This document shows positions 1-8,290 of a stretch of 10,056 nt of DNA, piece by piece. Below the pieces are notes generated by a model that saw only the letters and a list, made by a program, of their open reading frames with translations, was not told the origin of the DNA and searched no databases. Both the position numbers and the translations under genes were made by a program. This stretch comes from Ascoidea asiatica JCM 7603 (taxonomy: Eukaryota > Fungi > Ascomycota): contig BCKQ01000018.1 of assembly GCA_001600695.1 (NCBI GenBank), forward strand, positions 123,423 through 133,478, read 5' to 3'. How positions within the stretch are numbered: position 1 is the stretch's first letter; each line of letters begins with the position of its first letter.

Positions 1-398
1 TCATCAGTAGTATTGACATTTGGATGAGCAGCAACATTTTTATTAGCTGTAGCACTAGTTGTGTCTGAAGCAGAAGCATCTTCTTGTTTAATTTGAGCAA
101 CAGGATCATTAATTGTAGAAGTTTTAGATAAAGAAGATGTAATGGATTTAAGCATATCTTTAATAAAATCTATATCCCATGTTTGATTTGTAATAGTAGA
201 TCTTAAATCATCAAAATGCTTACTGTATTTAACAGTATTTGAATCTTGATTTTTAAATCTTTCACTAACATGAGATCTTAGTTTGTTGATTGTTTCACTA
301 ACTGATGTAATTTGTTTATCCATTTTATTAAATGTAACTTCATTTAAGGCAATGTTGTCATTAAATTTTTTGGATAAAGATTTAAAAGTTTCAGTCAT
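1..398 (-). CDS. Gag-like ORF1 of an LTR retrotransposon, N-terminal 132 codons, runs off the window edge
   Basis: ATG at 398-396 in an A-rich context opens a stop-free frame to position 1: MTETFKSLSKKFNDNIALNEVTFNKMDKQITSVSETINKLRSHVSERFKNQDSNTVKYSKHFDDLRSTITNQTWDIDFIKDMLKSITSSLSKTSTINDPVAQIKQEDASASDTTSATANKNVAAHPNVNTTD. It is a helical/coiled-coil-like N-terminus followed by an S/T/A-rich linker. The Gag call rests on position downstream of LTR and PBS, not on a motif. Confidence 0.7.
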   Translation of the reverse strand, partial: MTETFKSLSKKFNDNIALNEVTFNKMDKQITSVSETINKLRSHVSERFKNQDSNTVKYSKHFDDLRSTITNQTWDIDFIKDMLKSITSSLSKTSTINDPVAQIKQEDASASDTTSATANKNVAAHPNVNTTD

Positions 399-473
399 GA
401 TTATATTTTTTTCAGTTAAAATAGTGTTGATTATTTTTAGTTATGATTTTAAAAAATTCTTTGGTTTTGGAAA

Positions 474-499
474 TTTTTTTTTTTTTTTTTTTTTTTTTT
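474..499 (-). repeat. A26 homopolymer (T26 on +) in the leader of the gag-like ORF
   Basis: Direct count of T at 474-499. Confidence 0.95.
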
Positions 500-821
500 A
501 AGTTGAATTTAATAGAGTATTATAATTAAGAAAAAAGGAATAAAAAGTAATATCAGTTGAAGTATTAGTAGTATAAATAATTTGAAATAGAAAGTAATAT
601 TAAAGAAAATATATTAGTAGATTCATTTATTGTCTTAACATTTCCATACAATATGAAATTGGTTTTAATTTTTACCCTGCAATGAGTAGAAGACTAGGTT
701 TTCAAACCATGAGATAACTCAATTCGGATTAAATCACTACTATTCAATAATTAACCCTAAGCACCATAAAGCTAAGAACAATGTTCTATAACGGCCACAA
801 GTGTCCTAAATAATATAGGAG

Positions 822-830
822 GGAATTAGA
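822..830 (-). other. Putative self-priming primer-binding site
   Basis: TCTAATTCC immediately follows the terminal CA and lacks the TGG of tRNA-type sites. It is complementary to minus-strand GAATTAGA(T) at 1044-1036. Confidence 0.55.
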
Positions 831-1116
831 TGTCAGAGGATTAATCACTTTTCGAGATCCCTCTCTTGTTAGTATAATAATAAGAGACTTAAAGTCGTAC
901 TAAGACTTACCTTGGAAGATAGAAAACAATAAAAAAATAAAATAATACTTATCTTTAATATGGAATTGATATTCCAAATTTATTAATAAATTTGATTGTA
1001 GTTCGAACGAAATATCTAATTATTGCTAAGAAGATATCTAATTCAAATTATAAACAATTGTTAATTAAAATATAAAATATATAAAAATTATATAAAAAAT
1101 ATGGGAGGTAAGTGCC

Positions 1117-1125
1117 CTATTTATA
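1117..1125 (-). promoter_or_regulatory. TATA box of the LTR (TATAAATAG)
   Basis: Perfectly conserved in the diverged copy (3802-3810), within the best-conserved 30-bp block of the alignment (27/30). Confidence 0.65.
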
Positions 1126-1267
1126 TTAGTGGAAAATAGGAGCCGGTAACCCATCATAAGAATCAATTTGTACATTTAGTATGTGAAAGTTCACTTCCCA
1201 TACTTAAGAAAAAAAACAGAATAAAGTATTGTTCTGGAAGACGCTACCTCATTCTAAGAACAAACAC

Positions 1268-1364
1268 GAAGATTCCAGTACATTCGAGATGCACACAGAA
1301 CTTTGATGAAAGAATAAATAATGCAGACCCAGAACGTTCTAGTACATTTAACATGCACACGGAA
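1268..1364. repeat. Two 33-bp direct repeats, period 64, with HSE-like phasing
   Basis: GAAGATTCCAGTACATTCGAGATGCACACAGAA (1268-1300) vs GAACGTTCTAGTACATTTAACATGCACACGGAA (1332-1364), 26/33 identical. Confidence 0.75.
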
Positions 1365-2099
1365 GTTCTGAGGACGCAATAGAATGTAGTCGTAGAACAA
1401 TCTATGCAATCTTAGAAAGTCTAAGAATAGAATATTCGAAGACAATTCTAATAAAAGAATAAAATGATTAACAATCAACAGTCAAGGTTTGTTCCCGTTA
1501 GGACCAAACACAAGGTCTACCGTCTGACTCGCCTCCTGATAAAAACACACAAAAAGCCAGGGCTGTGGTACTGTACTGTTCATCTAAATATCTACCATAG
1601 GGTGCATCGTGAATAGAGTAAAAAGCGGATTTTTTCCAACTCAAAGATAAACCTTCAAAAGCACCTGATTAGATCAATTAAAATATTAATTTATCAGCTT
1701 CCACGACAAAACTTTACACTAAATTATATATTAAAAACCTCATCACAGGTTCATTACCTAACAACAACAGTAACCAAGTAACGGGGGCACTATGTATGGC
1801 ATATGAAATGCATTGTTAAAGTGTCAGACCAATTATCAAAATGTTTTTTATAATTTAATACACCGACCATTTAAGAAACATTTTTAAAGTTATCAAATAC
1901 AGACTTGCTTCTAGATTTAAGGTTGTTTTTTACTTTGTAAGTACTGTTGACAGAAATGGTTCTTCAATCATTTCTGAGCTCAGTGACCACAATAGTCAAA
2001 GAGGGTAATCTTTAAAAAACTTAACTTTATTTTTACTATAAAGTCACCGCCTTCTTTATTTTTATATTTATTTATTTCTTATTTTCGTATTTTTTTTTG

Positions 2100-2395
2100 A
2101 TACCTATTTGTATGATTTTTAGACCGTAGAATGCTTCCGTGTTTTATTTTTAATTTTTTGAAACTGGTTTGAATCAATTTCACTTGTGTGATACACAGTT
2201 AATACACTTTTATTTTTATAATACATATTTGTATTATTTGTATACTGGATATTAATTCCGTGTTTTATTTAGGATTTCTGAATACAGATGGTTATCAATA
2301 TCCTATCGGTTTCTATTTTTGATCTCTTAGTTTAAACATTTGATACACTTTTTTATCATTTTTATTTTTTTGATACACTTTTGTATTATTTTCAA
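2100..2395 (+). repeat. Degenerate ~121-bp tandem repeat with GATACACTTTT-like submotifs
   Basis: TTCCGTGTTTTATTT at 2135 and 2256; ATAC(C/A)TATTTGTAT at 2100 and 2221; GATACACTTTT at 2342 and 2372. Confidence 0.7.
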
Positions 2396-2481
2396 CGTTT
2401 ATCATACGTATTTAAGTGCAGATTTATTGGGTATTGTTTATTTATTTTTATTCTGTTAAATTTTATTATTATTATTAAATC

Positions 2482-3473
2482 ATGTTTAAAATGTCAATGA
2501 ATGACACTATGACATCATCAACTTCAGCCTTTCATATTCATGTATGGAAAGAAGTTCCTCAAATACTCAAACATTATTCCTAAAACTCAAATTTACATTT
2601 TTATCCGGATGAGACTTCAATTAATAGCCTATGTCCTTCAATTCAAACCGTATTTCTTAATCTAGTTAAAGCATGCGGCAATGATTTACCTATCAGTTTT
2701 GATTTTGTCAAAGCGGAATAATTAATTTCATATAAAGATAGTACCCTTTCATATATGGGTGAAAATCAAATTTTATTAAACTATTAAATTATATTCTTAG
2801 ACTAAATCATTTTCATCCATCTGAAATTAAATCATTAAACCTTTCAATTACAATTCAATTATTAATTTACTTTTTGATAGTCATATTTAATCAACAAAGT
2901 TTAGTTTTATTTCACATTCAATTTTATTTCCAACCAATCAAAATCAATCAAATTATCAACAAGAAATTTCGGGAATTATTTGTGAAATCATCCTAGAACC
3001 ACATAAATATAAGTTACGTAATCAAACATTAATTCAACTTATCATTGCTCATCATTAAAAACTCAATAATCTTGAAAGCAGAACAATGGAACTAGAAATT
3101 ATTACTCAAAAAGGTATTACGTCATCTTTTTATAATATTGTCAAAAATCAACTTCCGGAAGAAAGCAGATCCCTTAAATCTTACCCGGTTTAGATTATAC
3201 AAAAATTCAAATAATAAAATTTACTATCGGAAAGCCAAATCCGAAATTCGAAAAACTGTAATTGATCCAACAAATTACACTGCTAATATTTTACACATTT
3301 TCCGTGTTGAATCCAATGGACAGGTTCTATCCAAAATCGAATTAAGGAACAAAATTAACAGTAAGTAACATAATATTTCCAAACCAATGTTTGAAAAGAT
3401 ATTTCCTAAATTTCATTTGGTAATTGAATCTTCATCAGAATCAGATTCCGATGATCTTATTAGGCTAAATTAA
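2482..3473 (+). pseudogene. Disrupted gene of unknown function, copy 1
   Basis: Protein-like frames broken by stops and frameshifts; includes supplied ORF 3138-3368. Collinear amino-acid similarity to 4896-5866, e.g. ISKPMFEKIFPKFHLVIE vs ISQPMFSKIFDKFIELIE. Confidence 0.7.
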
Positions 3474-3508
3474 CTTAATTTTCTCCTTTTTTCTACTTAT
3501 TTTTTTAG

Positions 3509-3538
3509 TTATTACTATTTATTACTATTTATTACTAT
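3509..3538 (+). repeat. (TTATTACTAT)x3 minisatellite
   Basis: Three exact 10-mers. Confidence 0.85.
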
Positions 3539-3690
3539 ATACTACATTGTTTTTTAAATAAATATGCCCCAAATATCTTCTTTCTATTTCAACTTTAGTT
3601 TTATTTTTTTATCATCCCCAATTCTTTATTTTTAATAAATATTAAAATTTTTTTAAAGTCAATAACCGTAGTTGTCTCTTTATTAGTATA

Positions 3691-3933
3691 CAGAACAGAA
3701 TGTTATTCTATATTTTTTCTCAGGTATGTGAAGTAAACTTTCACTTCCAAAATTTACCATCCTAATGCTAAGATGGGATACCCGCTCCTATTGTCCACGA
3801 ATATAAATAGGACTGTTACCTCCATATTTTCCGTATAACGCTTATATATTTATATTTAGATGAAGAATTCTTTGTAATTGGAATTAGATATCTTTTCAGT
3901 AATACTTAGAGATGTCGTTATAACTACAAACAA
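3691..3933 (+). repeat. Truncated LTR fragment of the same family as 831-1541, opposite orientation
   Basis: Manual alignment to the reverse complement of 992-1236 gives about 191/245 identities with two 1-nt gaps. Confidence 0.9.
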
Positions 3934-3939
3934 GCGTAA

Positions 3940-4500
3940 TCCAAACAGCCAACTCTATCCACAACCATGTAAATCAACCCTTTTCTTTCTAAGGCTTTCT
4001 TATTAGTCCGAAGCTCCGAAGAATCCTTTTAAGAACCTGGCATTCGTCTACCGGTTCCGATTACTTCCAGTGAGACTTTCATCTAACTATTTAAATAACT
4101 TCACGGATGTAACATAGTTTTCAAGGAAAAGTAGGGAAACCCTTGGATTTGGCATCAAATTAGCCAAATAAGCATCTACCGCCTCGGAGGGGGAGTAACC
4201 ATCAACGGGCCACATCCAAATTTCCATTTGCTTTGGGGCTGAAAACCATATTTATGGTGAACCCGTGGTCCGTGAATGCAAAGATTTTTTACCCTTACTT
4301 TATGGGCTTTTTCAAGACCTTTTTGGTCTGTCGGGACCGCCACTTAAGCTTTAGCATCTTTTGTAAAATAGCGACAAAAGTACCCTTAATCCAAAGGGAT
4401 TTGCACAGGTTACAGATTCGGTCTGCTTCTGTTTTGTACGTTTTCGTAAGGTACAAGTTGCTGGTTTTCTACCTGCTGAGCGGGTAATACTTTTGATAAT
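3940..4500 (-). pseudogene. GC-richer decayed coding fragment, unknown product
   Basis: Composition shift from the flanks. Minus-strand peptide pieces such as YKTEADRICNLCKSLWIKG and MEIWMWPVDGYSPSEAVDAYLANLMPNPRVSLLFLENYVTSVKLFK are separated by stops. Strand is not certain. Confidence 0.3.
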
Positions 4501-4895
4501 ATAGGAACTAACTATGTTGCATAATCATTTTGCTATTAAGCAAAGTCGTTTGAACTATTGACAGAAATTCTTGAAACATCATTTCTGACCTCACTTCCTA
4601 TAGTACTAAATTATACTCCCAAGGATTGTTAAATGTGTCTTTCAATTTTTTGTTGCAATGTTCATTATAGAGTGCAATTTTTATTATGTGTTTCAGTTTT
4701 TATTATATTTATTTATATTGTTTTCGTTTTCTTTTGTTTATTTATTATTTATTTCTCCATTGAGTTAACATTTATTTTCATTTGAATAACCAAAATCATA
4801 TTTAAAGAGATATTGAAACCCTTTCAATTATTTTAATTTCATTTAAATTTATTTATTAAATTGTTATTAATGTTTATTTTTATATCACAGGTATA

Positions 4896-5866
4896 ATGTT
4901 TTAATAATGTCACCCCGCTCCTTAATTGAAACAATTAATCAATTTTAAAATAAGTTAGGACTTTATCTCCTTCTTACCATTTTATGTTCCACATGAGGAA
5001 ACATCGATTTGAAGATTGAACTGATATTTCAATTAATAATAAAACTACAAGAAAGTTTCACAACTAAACTAAGGCAACTGCAAATCAAATACATATTTCA
5101 GTTTATTTTTTTAAATTAATGTTACTTATTGCATATACATACGCAACTCTGTTTTATTTGGGTGGCAATAATTCAATTTTAACTTTAGTCACTAATTATT
5201 TATGTTCAATTAATATTCATTCAACATTCCTTTTTCTTTCAATTCCTTTTGATTATATTTTAAATGTTAATCCAAATTTTAGTTTGTATCCTAAGTTACT
5301 GCAATTTACTTTTATTATCCATTCCGGGTTATTCCCCCAAATAGAAAAAAATATTAGTTACGAAAAATCAATATCAAAGATTGTCAGGCATCTTATGCTA
5401 TGACAAGTATAAGCTGAAACATAAAGGTATGTTTGCTAAACTTGATCAACATTTAAACTTAATTGAAACAATTAAGGCTATTCTTGAAATAGGAGTCTTA
5501 AAACACCGTTAAGATTCAACTAAAAATAATAATTAAAATAAACTTCAAGGTTTTTCAAGAACTCAAAAATTTACGTTTTATGTGCAGTGCGACGGTATTG
5601 TTAACTATAGACCAAGTAAATCTATGGTTGGAAACATTGTTATAAATGCAAGTGACTATCAAAAGAATGTCTTTCAAAGTATTGAATCCGAGTCAAAAGG
5701 AAAACTTTTAAGTCTTTCTAGAGTTTGCAGATTGGTCAACTGTAAGTACCTTTATATTTCTCAACCAATGTTTTCCAAAATTTTCGATAAGTTCATTGAA
5801 CTTATTGAACTTTGTGGTACTAAATCTTCCTCAAATGGAGAGGTTGAAGTCATTGGTACTTCTTAA
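4896..5866 (+). pseudogene. Disrupted gene of unknown function, copy 2
   Basis: Includes supplied ORFs 5119-5403 and 5582-5866. It starts ATGTTTTAATAATGTCA (copy 1: ATGTTTAAAATGTCA) and shares several collinear peptide blocks with copy 1. Confidence 0.7.
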
Positions 5867-6775
5867 CTGCAAATTTTTTTTTTTTAAATTTTTATTTATT
5901 ATCCTATGTAATTTTCATTTGAACCTTTTGCTATAAACCTTCTATTTATTCTCTCTATTCTTTTCATTTTTTAATTTTTTTTATCGTCGTTCTTCTATTT
6001 GCTTATTTTATGAACTCCTTCCAATTCATTAATATGTTTAATTTTTAATATTGAATTTGAATATCTGTCTTAATTTTAAGTAGAACCAAGGGTTATTTCT
6101 AAATATCGTTGAAAGGCGGGGGCTAAAATTGAGAGTCGCTAGGTTCAACGGGTAATGGTATATACTTGCTAGCGTGACAAAGTTCGGGGTGACAAACGAT
6201 AAATTGTATGGACTTGGCAATATTTGACAAGTTCTTTTAGAATACCTGAACGGTAATTTGCATCTTTGTAAAAAAGAAAAATGTTTTAAAAAATATTAAA
6301 ATATTTTAGGAACTTTGTAATTATTTCAAAATTCGTACTACGTCACAAGAATGTCGGCTCCGCTTAAATTGCAAAAATGTGTTTCCGTAATATAACTGCT
6401 ACGATGTATATGTGTTTGTGTAACGAACCTACAATTATTTACATTTCTAGGCTACGGAAAATATATTCAATTTTGATAATTAAATATTTAAATTTTAATC
6501 ATTTAACTGAATTTAAACGGATGTAAAACATAAAGATATTTATTCAAAAAAAACAACATTTAATATATCGAATATTGAAGATAGCATATTGACGAATAGT
6601 GAAAAACAATTAACTGGAAATTCATAAAGCTATTATTACTACTATCAATATTAAGCATAGAATAAATTAACATAGTTTGTATATAAAATTATAAAAAAAA
6701 TAATAATTGCACTTTTAGTGTCATTTGAATGTTATTTTTAGTACATAGTCAATAAAGAGTTATAACCATCCACAG

Positions 6776-7713
6776 TCATCTAAAACGGAAATTAACAATT
6801 TTTGGTATATCAGATATAAGTGAACAAGGATACCTGGAGAAATATCGCTTTAATTCAACGAAAGCGAGTACCTCCTAAGGAATCTCGTACCATTTATTCG
6901 GGGCTGTTATACATCCTTCTAGGTTGGAGGTCGTCTTCTACCACAAACCTGGACTCATTTGGAAGCGACTCTGGTTTCTGCCCTTGCTCCAAATCCTGCA
7001 CCACGGTTTGTACTGTTGTTAAATTGGATTCAACGTCCATTTTTATCCCATGCATGGTTTCTAAAAAATCCGGTTATTCGGAAGCTAGATCCGTAATGGT
7101 CTCAAGGATACTTTCCGGCTTAAATAGTGTAACTGAGCATTGTATTATCGTTCCGCTGAAACAAGCGCTTTGGCTGTTCAGGTTTTCAAATCAAGAAAAT
7201 CACAATATTGACCGCAAGCCGGATTTTGCCGCTTTTTTGGCCGAAGGTTATCTTTGGAAACTGAAATTGTGTTGATTGATTGTTTTTTCTGCTCCCAAGC
7301 AAATTAAATGAATGGAAATTGCTTATTCTGTACCTCCGTAAGAAGTGAGGATCTACAATTAGGCCAATTGAGTTGTAGATCTTTATTTATATTTTGTATA
7401 GTTTCTGAAATTAAAAACCGAGCAAAATATCTAAAAAAAATATCTAAAGAAGTTTTTGAGCTTTCATCAGTGACAGCTCTAGCCAAACCGGTTTGTTGCG
7501 CGACCAATAAAGCCCCACTTCCTAATAAATAATATGACTTGACCTTCAGGGTCAAAAGTTCAGAGTTGTCAATTCACCAGCGTCAGCTGACTCGGTGTTG
7601 TCTTTCATCACAAACTCAGCGTCAACTTTGGAAAAGAGATCATTTTTAGCCGAAATGTTTTTGAAATCGAAAATATTCTAAGAATCATCTCCGTAAATTG
7701 GACGATATTCCTT
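6776..7713 (-). pseudogene. Decayed minus-strand ORF (~310 codons), unknown product
   Basis: Successive protein-like pieces: NIFDFKNISAKNDLFSKVDAEFVMKDNTESADAGELTTLNF, DPEGQVILFIRKWGFIGRATNRFG, CSVTLFKPESILETITDLASE*PDFLETMHGIKMDVESNLTTVQTVVQDLEQGQKPESLPNESRFVVEDDLQPRRMYNS, NKWYEIP*EVLAFVELKRYFSRYP. They are joined across stops and frameshifts. Confidence 0.5.
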
Positions 7714-8290
7714 TATTTACTAGAACAGACTACAAAAAATACAGAAACTAGAAAAACTACAAATTTAAAACCACAAATATTTCAAGAAAAACTCAAATTT
7801 AAACAAAACAATCATCAGAATAATCATTAGATTTAGCAAGATTCGTTCTTAAATCAACGAAAGAAAATCAAAAATTAAAATAAAATTAGTTGACTAAAAA
7901 GGAATTATTTAAAAGCTAGTTAAAAACAAAAGCAAAACAAATTAAAAAGAAAAAACAAAAAAAAAAATACGACCGTTTATGTTGTTTCCGAAGGGCGGGC
8001 AAAATTTTAATTTTTGAAGGGGTGACTAATGAGGTGAGGGTAGTGTGCGACTACTTCAGGGGATAGTCGTCAAATAAACAACCGCTTAGTATTAGTATGG
8101 TTGATTCGTTGGAAGACCAAGTTCGTAGGTTAATCACATAAAATCTCTCATGTCACATAATGTGTAGGTAATTGGAGACCAAATTTGCGAAAGTTATTTT
8201 GTTGTAGTCAAGTGATTGATGTTCGGGTTTTTATTTGTTCCTTCACGAAAACAAGGCACAGTCGCTGATTGTTTTGGCCCATCTGTAAAA

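Larger units (their letters stand above)
1..1541 (-). mobile_element. 5' portion of an LTR retrotransposon, probably Ty3/gypsy of the self-priming Tf1/sushi type
   Basis: Minus-strand order is LTR, terminal CTGACA (836-831), self-complementary PBS, ~430-nt leader, open ORF. No pol is in the window, so the superfamily is inferred. Confidence 0.6.
831..1541 (-). repeat. 5' LTR; 3' end at 831 well supported, 5' boundary uncertain (1480 or 1541)
   Basis: It ends ...TCCTCTGACA on the minus strand and contains TATAAATAG and AATAAA in the expected order. About 245 bp of it recur at 3691-3933. Candidate 5' ends are TATCAGGAG at 1541 (one change from TGTCAG) and TGTTGA at 1480. Confidence 0.6.

Noticed and set aside
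283-501. Supplied + strand 72-aa ORF
   Set aside because: Antisense shadow of the gag-like ORF running into the poly(T) tract.
594-602. TAATATTAC (geminivirus/CRESS origin nonamer) on the minus strand
   Set aside because: No flanking stem and no Rep motifs; expected by chance in very AT-rich DNA.
697-718. Ty1-like junction ...TTATCTCA|TGGTTTGAAAACC as an alternative LTR end and tRNA PBS
   Set aside because: I cannot match it to a tRNA 3' end, and the 831 junction has independent support from conserved self-complementarity. Not fully excluded.
1268-1364. CRISPR-like repeat-spacer-repeat geometry (33/31/33)
   Set aside because: Only two units, 79% identical, no cas genes, eukaryotic LTR context.
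1254-1478. Supplied minus-strand 74-aa ORF
   Set aside because: Non-ATG start, lies across LTR repeats, composition not protein-like.
4090-7140. Possible homology of TSVKLFK (about 4100, minus) with CSVTLFK (about 7130, minus)
   Set aside because: The match is too short and the flanks do not align convincingly.
6820-7532. Supplied + strand ORFs 6820-7275 and 7308-7532
   Set aside because: They look like antisense shadows; the minus-strand frames are more protein-like.
8012-8032. Polypurine-tract-like TTTTGAAGGGGTGACTAATG (similar G runs at about 1783 and 6111)
   Set aside because: No recognisable LTR follows and no integrase end precedes.
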